Positions 26,586 through 37,078 of a DNA stretch of 48,026 nucleotides are shown in pieces. The stretch's first letter is position 1; every line of letters begins with the position of its first letter. The translations under genes were made by a program, and so were the position numbers. The notes below the pieces were generated by a model. The model was not told the origin of the DNA, searched no databases, and saw only the letters and a program-made list of their open reading frames with translations. Source of the DNA: an uncultured Bacteroidaceae bacterium (GTDB lineage Bacteria > Bacteroidota > Bacteroidia > Bacteroidales > GCA-2748055); assembly GCA_964428945.1 (NCBI GenBank), contig CAYSAH010000001.1, forward strand, positions 1-48,026, read 5' to 3'.

Positions 26586-28166
26586 TCACGAATCCTTAAA
26601 TTCTGTCCTGTAGATCCCCACACCATTGTATTCACCGATCTTTTCAAGTCCGATATCTTCTGGAGGAGTGTCAATTGTATCGTAATCTCCAATTAGGACA
26701 TACTTAAGACCCTTTTCACTAAAAAATTCAACTTTTTGGCTGAATGTTCTGTCTTTCCTGAAGAAATCGGTAAATCCTTTTTGGTCCATAAGGTATAAAG
26801 AGATATTTATACTGGGATCATAGGTTACATATACCTTATCATAGCGCTCAATACCAAGAGATCTCAGGTAGGGAGTTATTTCTCCGTACCTGTAATTATA
26901 ATTTTCGGTCGAATATTCCATGTACCAGCCGCCATAGTATTTGTCTTTCAAGAAGGTATGGCATTTAAATACAAGGAATAAGACAAGGATTGCAACAATG
27001 GATTTGCTTATCCATGAGCGATACAAACGCGGGAAGCGCTCCCTGAAATAAAGGAAAAAGTTAAAGCTTACAAGGACAAGGATGATCAGGTTATTCATCT
27101 GGTAATAATCATGTTGCCTGAGAGACCTGAAAAACAGGAGTGAGAAACAGATTCCTCCAAAGAAACTGAGCATCACGAGCCAGCTGAGAAGACGGTCATA
27201 TTTTTTCCAGAATACCAGGTTATGAATGATCAGTCCAAACATAAGGATGATGAGACCGGGAGAATGGTAATTTCCGTTTCTGAACCTTTCAGAAACTGCT
27301 GTCCATGCGGCACTTATCGTGTCTGAACTTAATCTCCAGATCGGCCTTATCTCCACAGGTGAGACAACACCGCCATGGGTATCTGAATAGATCTTGGCGT
27401 AAGCATACCAGGCAATGGTAATAAGCATGACAAGGAGGGAAAGGAGCAACATCCTGATCCTTTCCTTAAAGATCAAGCGGTCTTTTTTAAATGAGACCCT
27501 GAAGAACCATTCAAGTCCGAAAATACCGAGAATAGCAAAGAACAAGAGGAAAGCCGGTGTTTTTATAAGCCCGGCAAGGGCAAAAAATACAAGCGAAAAA
27601 ATAATTTCCCGGGTCCTGCCGGAATCACTATAAGTATAAAAGAAATAAAAGCCGATCAGCACCAGGGACAATGAAGTGGCATCCGGGATAAAATTATTGA
27701 TATAGAATGCATAAATAGGGGATGAGAACACCAGTAAGGGGGGAACAAGGGCATAAAAAGTGTTATTGAATTTTTTAAGTCCAAGCCTGAAAAGAAAAAA
27801 CAATCCCGTAAAACCTATAAGAACATTTACCAGCCTGTAAATGAACTCATGAAATCCAAAAACCCTGTACAGCATCCCTATAAAATAGTAGAGTATTGGA
27901 AATTCAGTCACTGTAATATCTGAAGAATTGTCATCCACCTGCATGTTGTGGGTCCGTGGGTGCAGGAATTCTCCTTCGTGGTAATAGTTCAGCGCCATGG
28001 AAGCACTTACGCAGTTTCTCCATTGGTGAATGGAAACGGGCCGGTAAGTTAAAATTTCCTGGTAATTGTAATAGAAGGAGGAAGCCAGTAGCAGGGTAAT
28101 AAAAATAAGGTTTTTAACAAAATTTTTTTGTAAGATTTTTGTAAGGAATTCAGGCATAATCTGCAA
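26586..28166 (-). CDS. Polytopic membrane protein, GT-C-fold glycosyltransferase-like (ArnT/PMT, GT39/GT83-like)
   Basis: 526-aa ORF with about 11 TM segments then a ~120-aa soluble C-terminal domain. First-loop pattern (ALNYYHEGEFLHP...TEFPILYYFIG) resembles PMT_2/ArnT-type proteins. Resemblance only. Confidence 0.5.
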   Translation of the reverse strand: MQIMPEFLTKILQKNFVKNLIFITLLLASSFYYNYQEILTYRPVSIHQWRNCVSASMALNYYHEGEFLHPRTHNMQVDDNSSDITVTEFPILYYFIGMLYRVFGFHEFIYRLVNVLIGFTGLFFLFRLGLKKFNNTFYALVPPLLVFSSPIYAFYINNFIPDATSLSLVLIGFYFFYTYSDSGRTREIIFSLVFFALAGLIKTPAFLLFFAILGIFGLEWFFRVSFKKDRLIFKERIRMLLLSLLVMLITIAWYAYAKIYSDTHGGVVSPVEIRPIWRLSSDTISAAWTAVSERFRNGNYHSPGLIILMFGLIIHNLVFWKKYDRLLSWLVMLSFFGGICFSLLFFRSLRQHDYYQMNNLIILVLVSFNFFLYFRERFPRLYRSWISKSIVAILVLFLVFKCHTFLKDKYYGGWYMEYSTENYNYRYGEITPYLRSLGIERYDKVYVTYDPSINISLYLMDQKGFTDFFRKDRTFSQKVEFFSEKGLKYVLIGDYDTIDTPPEDIGLEKIGEYNGVGIYRTEFKDS

Positions 28167-28516
28167 TATTTTTCAAAAATTATTACAAGTTTTTATTAAT
28201 TCAGGTGCAGGGCAAAATTAATCCTTTTCGATTGCTCCCCAAGAAATATTCGACTTAATAATAACTATTTGGAAGGTATTCCTGAAGAAATTAAGGATGG
28301 TTATTCAAATGGTTGATATAAAGTATAAAATCCTCAGTTTGAAGGAAGCCCGCATAAGAGAAAGGATATCAATTTAATGCCTGTTTACAAAGAGCTTCTT
28401 TGCGATGCTGAGTGCAAACTCGAAAACACAAAGGATTCACAAAGAAGCCACGGGATAAATTTATAATTAATGGTCAGCGAAACAAATGCACTGAATGCCA
28501 GTTGCAACGATCGATA

Positions 28517-30028
28517 CTATTTTTCCGGATACCCCGGGTTTTGAATAAGCAATGTATTTTTTATCAATTCTGTTTCCGGAATTGGAAATAATTCCATGTC
28601 AGAGGAATTGGCAGGCTTGTTCCACCAAGGTTCGTTATAAGTACCAAACCGGATATTTACCGATCGTCTTATTCCTTCAAACAGGAATTCATGCAGCCAT
28701 TCCCGGTCAAGCACATCTTCATTAACATCAACAGCTTCAAGACCAGATCTTGTTCTTAACTGGCTTACCAGGGGTTTTGCCTGAGCAGCATTTCCGAGGC
28801 GGTACAGACACTCAGCTTTCATTAGAATAACTTCTGCATAACGCATAAGAACCCAATCGTGGTCCCGTTCCCCGGTTTCTCCTTCCTTGATCTCTAATTT
28901 TCTCAGCCTTACCCCCTCATATTCCAATGCATTGGTAAAATCTAAAATGTTCTCGGTATAATTTAAAAATTCTCCTTTCCTGTCCCGGATGGTATCACCC
29001 GTTGCGATATTGATCTGGTAACCTTCTTCCATACAATTTATCCTGTTGTCGCCTTCCTCGAATGATGAAAACACACCTGGTTGTGCACAGATGCCATTTA
29101 CAGCCCAGGTCCAGCCACCGGGAGAAGTTGAAAATGCCTGCCATTGGTTGTAATGGAAGGTAAGGGAAGGCAGGTAATGCCCCATGGTGCCTTCTGTATG
29201 ATCGTAAGGAATGGCAAATATGTTCTCTGTAGAATTTTCATTATCGGTAAGCCAGTTGTCCAGCACATTTGCTGTTAATTTGAAGCCTGAAACCTTGTCG
29301 CAGGCGTCAATACAATCCTGCCATCGTGCTGTTCCGATAAATACTTCAGAGTTAATGTACAAACGGGCAAGAAGGGTATTGCAAACATTCTGGGTGAAGC
29401 GTCCGTATTCTATTCCTACCGGCAAAAAATCAAGGATATCAAGTAACTCCTCTTCAACGAATTCATATACATCCGTTCTTGGAGAAGTCCCGGGCTGTGC
29501 TTCATCGACAAATGATGTAACGATAGGAACATTACCGAACCAGTCGAGCAGGAGGTAGTAGTAATAAGCCCTCAGTCCCCTTATTTCTGCTTTTGCTCCA
29601 GCTTCTGCCTCGGGATCCATTCCAGCCTGTTCAATGGTGTAGATCACAAAATTACATTTGGAAATTCCTTCATAGCAATATCGCCATGCACCCAATACCA
29701 TAGCATTGTCTGGTTTAATTTCATGGTATTGTGCTTCCTGGTACCTTCCATTATCGTACCAGTCGGCCCCCCTGGTAGGAACGCAAACTTCATCTGAAAC
29801 GCACTCCACCAGAAAATAGATATATTCACTTGTCGGATATGCCTTTGATGTACCATCGTCAAATCCCCTCAGAGAAGCATAAACGCCACCTGCAATGGTC
29901 TTTATCTCATCTGATGTTTTTCCATACAGTGAAGAAGGTACAACACTGTAAGGGTCCTCTTCCAGGTTGGTGCATGCTGAAGCGATCAGTGCAACTGTAA
30001 CTGCAAGAAATATTGATCTTATTTTCAT
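28517..30028 (-). CDS. SusD/RagB-family nutrient-binding outer-membrane lipoprotein
   Basis: Track ORF 28517..30076. Preferred start is the ATG at 30028 (MKIRSIFLAVTVALIASC, lipoprotein Cys). SusD-like RAYYYYLLLDWFGNVP and C-terminal EGIRRSVNIRFG motifs. Confidence 0.85.
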   Translation of the reverse strand: MKIRSIFLAVTVALIASACTNLEEDPYSVVPSSLYGKTSDEIKTIAGGVYASLRGFDDGTSKAYPTSEYIYFLVECVSDEVCVPTRGADWYDNGRYQEAQYHEIKPDNAMVLGAWRYCYEGISKCNFVIYTIEQAGMDPEAEAGAKAEIRGLRAYYYYLLLDWFGNVPIVTSFVDEAQPGTSPRTDVYEFVEEELLDILDFLPVGIEYGRFTQNVCNTLLARLYINSEVFIGTARWQDCIDACDKVSGFKLTANVLDNWLTDNENSTENIFAIPYDHTEGTMGHYLPSLTFHYNQWQAFSTSPGGWTWAVNGICAQPGVFSSFEEGDNRINCMEEGYQINIATGDTIRDRKGEFLNYTENILDFTNALEYEGVRLRKLEIKEGETGERDHDWVLMRYAEVILMKAECLYRLGNAAQAKPLVSQLRTRSGLEAVDVNEDVLDREWLHEFLFEGIRRSVNIRFGTYNEPWWNKPANSSDMELFPIPETELIKNTLLIQNPGYPEK

Positions 30029-30083
30029 CTTGTTTTGTATTATTGTTGATTCATCTTTATGTATCTGCAAAATCACGCCTTTA

Positions 30084-33071
30084 TTAAAAAGTGAGGTTTA
30101 TTCCAGCTGTAAAAGTCCGTGCTTTTGGGTACACATTGTAGCGGTCAATTCCCGGACTTAGCAGTGCATCCATCTTCCCTTCGGAAGAATTGTAAGTCTC
30201 AATGCTGATCTCAGGATCAAGACCGGTATACCTGGTAAGAACAAAAAGATTTTCCCCGGAGACAAACAGCCTGATTCTTTGGAATCCCTTCTCCTGTGGC
30301 TGGAAGGTATAACCCAGGGTTAAAGCCTGAAGCCTTACAAATGAAGCATCTTCGATCCAATAGCTGCTGAATGTCGGGTCATCATCGATTCCTTCATTAA
30401 ACATTCTGTCCGGAACATTCAGATCTGAGAAACGGCTTGGGTCATTCATTGACATTGCTGTTGCATTCAAAACTTTTTGTCCGAACATACCATATGCGGA
30501 AACAGTCAGGTCAAATTGTTTATATGTAAATGTTGTATTCAATCCAAGGGTGAATTTCGGTTGTGGATTGCCCAGGTCACTATCTATAGTGTCCAGGACA
30601 AATTTTCCAAGGCTGTCAAGTCCGAAACACTCCGGCCCCCAGAATGTACCTACAGAATAACCTTCACGGATCGTCTGGGAAAACTGATTGGACATGCCTC
30701 TCAGGCCATGCAGCGAACCGCTTTGAACAGCATCGGTCTTAAAGGTATTGTTTGACAATGAATCTATAGTCAGAATGTTCCTTGCCATGGAAAGATTTAG
30801 ATCCCATCTCAGGTCCCCTGCGTGAATTATATTCCAATCAATTGATATTTCCACCCCTTTATTTGAAAGATCTCCAACATTTGCCAGGGTCTCATTATAA
30901 ATATTTGGAGGCTGCGACACCGCATAGAGGAAAATCAGATCGCTGGTAACTTTTTTATACACATCGACAGTGGCTGAGACCCGGTTAAATACACTTATAT
31001 CAAGCCCAATATTTACCTGGGAGGTCGTTTCCCACCTCAGATCAGGATTTGGATTCTGGCTGGGCAGGTATGAAGACCTCCAAATGCCCAGTTCCTTATC
31101 ATAGTATTTTCCTCCTGTTGTACTTAACAGGGCTATAGTCTTATAATTTCCGATGGCATCCTGGCTACCGGTTATTCCGTATCCGGCTCTTAGTTTCAAA
31201 TGGTTAAGCCATCCTGAAGTTGAACTCATAAAGGATTCATCTGAAATTCTCCAGGCGCCGGCAACGGAGGGAAATAATCCCCACTTATTGTTGGCACCAA
31301 AACGGCTTGATCCGTCACGGCGCAGAGTTGCTGTTAAGATATACCTTCCCTGGTAGCTGTAATTAAACCTTCCAAAGAATGAAATCAGTTTTGAACTGCC
31401 TTTATAGGATCCGACGTCTGTTGAACGACTATCGATACCGGCAATCAGGTTATTGTACTTGAAAAGGTCTGTGTCAAAACTTCGTCTTTCTGCATTGAAT
31501 CCTTCATACATATTATCAAGGTATGAGTAACCTGCCAATACATTGAATCGCTGACCTCCCGATAACTCTTTGTTATAGGTCAGGTAAGTTTCCAGTTGAA
31601 GATTGGTATATTCACTCAGATACCTGCTGGCATATCCTCTGTCAGTAAGGCCAAACCTGGAATAGGTTGGAAGGTAGTAGCGCCCCTGGCTGGTGTTGAA
31701 TTCATAGGAGGTATTTATAACCGCATTAAGTCCTTTAACGATTTCAAGATCAGCTTTTGCATATCCAAGAAGACGCTTTGTGGTCCTGTCATTATTGACA
31801 TTGGTCAGAACCTCCAATGGATTTTCAGCCAGTTGACTTTCAGTCTGGAAAAATTCTCCGGTAATGGAGTCATATACAGGCGCAGTCGGATTAATATTAT
31901 AAGCTCTTTCAAAAACAGCCCCGTTAGAGGGAGTAAAATCATCGAAAGTGGCATGGGTTCCAAAATCCACTTTTAGTTTACCGTTCAAACCATAGGCATA
32001 GGCTGCGACTTTTGCCCCTATACGCTCAAGGTTATTGAATTTCATAATGCCCTGGTTATTCATATAGCTTAAGGAAGCCCGGTAACCACCATCATCATTT
32101 GCATTACTGAATGCAAGGGTGTGGGAATGCGAAATCGCCTGGCGAAGGATCTCATCCTGCCAGTTGGTATCTCCGCCAAAATCCAAGGCCCGGGTATCTT
32201 CAAGTTCAATAACCCTGGTGCGCCATTCTTCTGCGGTAAGCAGGTCCAGTGAATTGGCAGCCTGACTGAAGGCTACATAATTGCTATATTCTATTTTACC
32301 GCCTCTTTCAGGTCTGTTGGTAGTAATAAGGATTACACCATTTGCGCCCCGGGATCCATAAATGGCCGCTGCTGATGCATCTTTTAAAACGTCAATTGAT
32401 GCTATATCTGAAGGCTGAACAGAGTTGATATCTACTCCGGGAATACCATCAACCACAACCAGCGGGCTGCTGCTGGCGGTTAAGGATGTTCCGCCTCTCA
32501 GTCGCATTGTAGCTCCAGTTGTTGGATCTCCCGACCCTTTTATAATTGCAAGTCCGGCGATCTTACCCTGTAGAACCTGTTCCGTTGTGGTAATAACACC
32601 TTTGTTTAGTTCATCTCCGGAAACAGAAGATATGGAACCTGTAAGGTCCTGCTTTCGCATTGTTCCATATCCAACAACTACAACTTCATCCAATGCAAGT
32701 AAATCTTCAGTTAAAATTACATGAAGTGTTTTTACTCCCTTAACGGCAATGTCCTGAGATTCATAACCAACGAAGGAAATGCTTAATATATCCTCCGGAG
32801 TACAAGAGATAGAAAAGGTGCCATCAAATGAGGTAATGGTACCTTCAATGGTTCCTTTGTTCAAAACTGACGCTCCGGGTAAAGGTTCGCCATCCACATT
32901 AGAAACAATACCTGTGACTTCAAAGGTCCTTTCCTGTGAATAGACACTTACAATCATGGAGTTGAGACAAAACACCATCAACAACAAATATTTTAGCTGT
33001 AAATGGATCTTTTTTCGTGATAGGTTCATGTTTGGTGGTTTAGTTTGCATATATGAGATTATTGGATACAA
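30084..33071 (-). CDS. SusC/RagA-family TonB-dependent outer-membrane transporter
   Basis: 995-aa ORF (alternative starts at 33050 and 33029). CarboxypepD_reg-like VTGIVSNVDGEPLPGASV; plug motifs MRLRGGTSLTASSSPLVVVDGIP and VLKDASAAAIYGSRGANGVILITT; C-terminal ...AGINLTF. No STN (anti-sigma signalling) extension. Confidence 0.9.
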   Translation of the reverse strand: MYPIISYMQTKPPNMNLSRKKIHLQLKYLLLMVFCLNSMIVSVYSQERTFEVTGIVSNVDGEPLPGASVLNKGTIEGTITSFDGTFSISCTPEDILSISFVGYESQDIAVKGVKTLHVILTEDLLALDEVVVVGYGTMRKQDLTGSISSVSGDELNKGVITTTEQVLQGKIAGLAIIKGSGDPTTGATMRLRGGTSLTASSSPLVVVDGIPGVDINSVQPSDIASIDVLKDASAAAIYGSRGANGVILITTNRPERGGKIEYSNYVAFSQAANSLDLLTAEEWRTRVIELEDTRALDFGGDTNWQDEILRQAISHSHTLAFSNANDDGGYRASLSYMNNQGIMKFNNLERIGAKVAAYAYGLNGKLKVDFGTHATFDDFTPSNGAVFERAYNINPTAPVYDSITGEFFQTESQLAENPLEVLTNVNNDRTTKRLLGYAKADLEIVKGLNAVINTSYEFNTSQGRYYLPTYSRFGLTDRGYASRYLSEYTNLQLETYLTYNKELSGGQRFNVLAGYSYLDNMYEGFNAERRSFDTDLFKYNNLIAGIDSRSTDVGSYKGSSKLISFFGRFNYSYQGRYILTATLRRDGSSRFGANNKWGLFPSVAGAWRISDESFMSSTSGWLNHLKLRAGYGITGSQDAIGNYKTIALLSTTGGKYYDKELGIWRSSYLPSQNPNPDLRWETTSQVNIGLDISVFNRVSATVDVYKKVTSDLIFLYAVSQPPNIYNETLANVGDLSNKGVEISIDWNIIHAGDLRWDLNLSMARNILTIDSLSNNTFKTDAVQSGSLHGLRGMSNQFSQTIREGYSVGTFWGPECFGLDSLGKFVLDTIDSDLGNPQPKFTLGLNTTFTYKQFDLTVSAYGMFGQKVLNATAMSMNDPSRFSDLNVPDRMFNEGIDDDPTFSSYWIEDASFVRLQALTLGYTFQPQEKGFQRIRLFVSGENLFVLTRYTGLDPEISIETYNSSEGKMDALLSPGIDRYNVYPKARTFTAGINLTF

Positions 33072-33084
33072 CTTATCTTAAGAT

Positions 33085-33092
33085 CAAATCTA
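33085..33092 (-). promoter_or_regulatory. Candidate Bacteroidota -7 promoter box (TAGATTTG on minus strand) for the second SusC gene
   Basis: Exact TAnnTTTG match 14 nt upstream of the longest-ORF ATG (33071). Confidence 0.3.
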
Positions 33093-33280
33093 TGGTGGTT
33101 TTTTGACATAAGGAATATTTAAAAATAGAATCAAGAAATTAGTAGGTCAAAAAAAGCTTAAGGCACAGATATTTAATACATTAAGACAAATAGCAATATA
33201 GAATAATTAAGGCTGAAAATCACAAAATGAGAAGAATGCAGATGACATTATTAGACAAGGCTCAACAATAATGAGTAAAT

Positions 33281-34324
33281 CTATGAGACCATTAAATAAT
33301 TCTTTCCTTCCTTATATCCACTCTTATTAAGAAACTCCCGTATCTTTTCCCTGTTATCCATCTGCTTGATATAGGAAAGGATGAAAAGTTCTCCTGCCGA
33401 CGGAAGGTCTTTGTAATAGATGATCTCCTTATCGATCTGCCTGCTTTTTTTTGTGTCGATGTAATTCCTGAAATGAATACCAAAGGATTCAAGCATGCTT
33501 GCCCGTCTTCTTGATATCCTGCTTGCTCCCCAGACGGACACATAGGGATGGTATGGATTGTTGCGGCTAAGCCAGGCAGCCAGGTATTGACTTTTTATCC
33601 CGTAAAAGAATTTTTCCGAATAGTGCTCATCTGTCCTTGTAAGCCTTGTTTCTGAATCGTACCATTTTAAGACGATCTCAGGGACCTTTTCGATCCGGGC
33701 CCCGGCATCGAGCCAGCGAAGGATCATTTCATAGTCTTCCGGGAAGTTTCCATTCCGGTAAAGCCCATACTGTTTAGCAGCGTCCCTTCTCCATACCAGT
33801 GTTGGATTGATCACAGGCATTTCTATGAACCTGTTATTCAGGATCTGTTCATAGGTCAGGATGGAATTGCTCCATTCTACAAATCGGGAGAAGCCCAATG
33901 AATGTTTTGAGAAAGGGATATGCTCAGCGAGGCCGGCAACAGCAGCGCAATGCGGGTTTGCATCCAAATAGGTTTTCTGAACAAAGAGCTTATTGGGCAG
34001 GGCCTCATCGTCAGCATCCATTCTTGAAACATACTTACCTCTGGCTATTGCAGCACCAGAATTACTTGCATAAACAACCCCTTTACCCGTTTCGTTTAAA
34101 AGAATGATCCTGGAATCTGTTTTTGAAAATTTCTCAGCGATAAGCCTGCTGCCATCATTAGAATTATTATCCACAAGGATCAATTCAAAATCCTCTTCTG
34201 CCTGATTCAATATGCTTTCAATTGCACGATGCAGGGTTGATTCAGCATTATAAAAGGGCAATATTACCGATATGTATGGATCAGGTGACATAGATTCATA
34301 AGGGTAATATACCAATTTAGGCAT
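33281..34324 (-). CDS. Glycosyltransferase family 2 with an extra C-terminal domain
   Basis: 347-aa ORF. GT2 signature ISVILPFYNAESTLHRAIESILNQ...ELILVDNNSNDGS and SRMDADDEA (DxD). No C-terminal TM helices. Confidence 0.85.
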   Translation of the reverse strand: MPKLVYYPYESMSPDPYISVILPFYNAESTLHRAIESILNQAEEDFELILVDNNSNDGSRLIAEKFSKTDSRIILLNETGKGVVYASNSGAAIARGKYVSRMDADDEALPNKLFVQKTYLDANPHCAAVAGLAEHIPFSKHSLGFSRFVEWSNSILTYEQILNNRFIEMPVINPTLVWRRDAAKQYGLYRNGNFPEDYEMILRWLDAGARIEKVPEIVLKWYDSETRLTRTDEHYSEKFFYGIKSQYLAAWLSRNNPYHPYVSVWGASRISRRRASMLESFGIHFRNYIDTKKSRQIDKEIIYYKDLPSAGELFILSYIKQMDNREKIREFLNKSGYKEGKNYLMVS

Positions 34325-34338
34325 TATGTTACTGCCAT

Positions 34339-36753
34339 CTACTCAAACTTTAATATGGTAGCAGGGTTCAGGGAGCTTGCCCTGTTGGCATGAATGGATG
34401 TAATGATTATAACCAACAGAAAGGCAACAACTCCTGAAACAAGAAATACAAACCATTGTAATGCAATATGTTGAGAAAAGTTATTTAACCAGGAACTTAC
34501 AGAAAAGTATGCAAGCGGCCAACTAAGAACAATGGCAACTGATATAAGCCTGAGAAATTCCTTCGACAGAAGTGAATTTACATGTCTGAATGTCGCACCA
34601 TAAACCCGCCTGACACAGATTTCCTTTGTTTTTTGCTCCACCATAAAAGAGGTTAATCCAACCAGTCCCAGGGCAGCAATAACAATGGCCAGCACAGTGA
34701 TCATTATAGATATCTTACTTAGTTTCTGTTCATCCTTATACATTGCATCGAGTTTATCATCGAAAAAAAAGTATTCAAAAGGCCGTGTCGGGGCAAACAT
34801 TTCCCATTTTGCCTGGATATAGCCAAGCACGTTTTCATAATCAACCGTATTGACCCTGATTGCGATAAACCTCGTTAAACCAGCTGCTGCACGCGGATTT
34901 GCAAATACATCCAGGATGAAATTTGTTACAGGCTTGTGCAGAGACATTGCATGAAAATCCTTGAATACCCCGATCACTTTTTCATCACCATCTGAACGGA
35001 ATCTCTTTCCAATGGCAGACTCATTTGTCCATCCAAGATGCTTTACCATCGATTCGTTGATCATGATCGACTCCATGGAATCAGCAGGAAAGTCTCTTGA
35101 AAATCCGCGTCCTTCAACAACTTCGATGTCGAATACCTCTAAAAATTCATTTCTGACCATAAAGGTCGGATAATAGTAAAATTCTTCTTCTCCAAATCCT
35201 TCTATAAACATCTGCCTGGTATTGTGATTTACTCCCAGTACATCTTCCATACCGGTTACATAAAGTATTTCATTGTGGTTTTTGAGCTCTTCCGCAAAGG
35301 CATCGAATCGCTGGGCAACGTTTGGAACGGCGGGAACTATAATGATCTGGTCCTTGTTGAATCCTAATTCAGCTTTCCTCATATATTCGAGCTGGTTATA
35401 GGCACTTATCGCTCCAATGATAAGGGCTATAGAAATGAAAAATTGAACCACTACCAATAATTTTCTCGCAATTCCGCTTTTTGTACCACGCATTATTTCA
35501 CCCCTGAAGCGACCGGAATCAAGACCCGACAGGTAAAATGCAGGATATGAACCTGATAGTATTCCAACAATAAGCAGCAATCCGAGACCAAGAAGAAAAT
35601 TTAAAGGGTTGAGAATAATTCCTTGCGGTATTTCTTTTCCGGCAAATTTATTAAATGAAGGAAGCAGGATTTCAACAACGATCATTGCCAGCAATAAAGC
35701 AAAAAATGTTTGGACTAATGCCTCTCCCAGAAATTGCCTGGTCAGTGCCGCTCTTTTTGCCCCGAGAACCTTTTTTAAGCCTATCTCTTTTGCCCGTCCT
35801 GCGGAACTCGCAGTGGACAGGTTCATGAAATTGATGATGGCAAGGATCAATACAAAAATTGCAATAAGGGAAAGGATTCTGACATAAGTTATATTCCCAT
35901 TTGGCTGCATCTCGTATTCGTGACTGGATTTAAGATGAATATCCTTAATATTTTGGAGGTAAAGCTTAATCTCCTGGTTTTGGAAATCCGGATAATGATT
36001 AAGATAGAATTCTCCAAACTGGGCTTCAAGTTGTTCTGGTCTGACATTATCGGCAAGTTCAACATAAGACCAACAAGGATTCCAGATCCAGGTTTGCGGC
36101 AACTGACCGCCAAGTATTTCGCGGAATGTAGACATTGATCCAAGGATGTCTATGGTCATATGCGATTGAGGAGGAAGATCTTTCATTATTCCGGTAATTT
36201 CCAGGTCGGCCACCTCTTCAATTCTCAGTATTTTACCTATAGCAGGTTCCTTTCCAAAATATCTTTTTGCTGTTGATTCAGAGATAACAATAGTGTTGGG
36301 TCTTACCAGGGCTGTTTCCGGATCACCTTCAATAAGAGGGAATGTGAACATTTTAAATACATTTGAATCAGCCAGGTAAAACCATTCCTCGTTAAACTTA
36401 ATACTCTCCTCATCAGAAATCCTGTATTCCATAAGCATCTTGGATCTTTGAAAATCAAAAAAGCGACAGGTGCTTTTTACCAGGTGAGGATAGGCATCCT
36501 GCAAGGCAGGGGCAAAAGGAAAAGAACAAGTCGCAGCATCCTCATCTATATCATTTGAATTATAGAGTCGGTTTACCCGGAAGATGGATGCAGATTTTTT
36601 ATGAAATTTATCATAGCGTGTCTCGTCAGTAACGTACAGCATAATAAAAATGAAACTTGCAAGCCCAATGGCCAGCCCCAGTATATTAAGAAATGTATAA
36701 TTCAGGTGCTTTAATGCATTCCTTACGGCGATCTTTAGGTTGTGTTGAAACAT
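34339..36753 (-). CDS. ABC-transporter permease, double FtsX/MacB-type
   Basis: Track ORF 34339..36792. Preferred start is the ATG at 36753 (MFQHNLKIAVRNALKH..., the canonical N-terminus of this family). Two MacB-periplasmic-core plus FtsX modules. No cognate ATPase adjacent. Confidence 0.85.
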   Translation of the reverse strand: MFQHNLKIAVRNALKHLNYTFLNILGLAIGLASFIFIMLYVTDETRYDKFHKKSASIFRVNRLYNSNDIDEDAATCSFPFAPALQDAYPHLVKSTCRFFDFQRSKMLMEYRISDEESIKFNEEWFYLADSNVFKMFTFPLIEGDPETALVRPNTIVISESTAKRYFGKEPAIGKILRIEEVADLEITGIMKDLPPQSHMTIDILGSMSTFREILGGQLPQTWIWNPCWSYVELADNVRPEQLEAQFGEFYLNHYPDFQNQEIKLYLQNIKDIHLKSSHEYEMQPNGNITYVRILSLIAIFVLILAIINFMNLSTASSAGRAKEIGLKKVLGAKRAALTRQFLGEALVQTFFALLLAMIVVEILLPSFNKFAGKEIPQGIILNPLNFLLGLGLLLIVGILSGSYPAFYLSGLDSGRFRGEIMRGTKSGIARKLLVVVQFFISIALIIGAISAYNQLEYMRKAELGFNKDQIIIVPAVPNVAQRFDAFAEELKNHNEILYVTGMEDVLGVNHNTRQMFIEGFGEEEFYYYPTFMVRNEFLEVFDIEVVEGRGFSRDFPADSMESIMINESMVKHLGWTNESAIGKRFRSDGDEKVIGVFKDFHAMSLHKPVTNFILDVFANPRAAAGLTRFIAIRVNTVDYENVLGYIQAKWEMFAPTRPFEYFFFDDKLDAMYKDEQKLSKISIMITVLAIVIAALGLVGLTSFMVEQKTKEICVRRVYGATFRHVNSLLSKEFLRLISVAIVLSWPLAYFSVSSWLNNFSQHIALQWFVFLVSGVVAFLLVIIITSIHANRASSLNPATILKFE

Positions 36754-37078
36754 AGCAGTTGATTTTAGTCTTATGTTGCTGCCACAAATCACCTACCAAA
36801 ATAAAGAAATAAGTGATATACAATAAAATATAAAAAATATATGCAGTTTCTGGAGTGTTGATTCATTATATTTTCGGTCACCTGTTGTTCATAACCGAAC
36901 GATTTTGATATAGACTTTCACTTTTAATATGCTTAAGTCCGAGCCTGAAAAAGGGCTTCTGTTAAGGAATGATGTTATAATTGTTAAAATCTGAATGAAT
37001 GGCAATAAGAATTTATTTTTTTGCATTTGTAAGGAAATGCCTTTATGAGCGACATAGAAGCAGTAAACAATAAATTGA

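Noticed and set aside
33292-33543. 83-aa ORF on the same strand, nested in the GT2 gene in another frame
   Set aside because: Overlaps the GT2 C-terminal domain out of frame. No motif; the GT2 frame is continuous and better supported.
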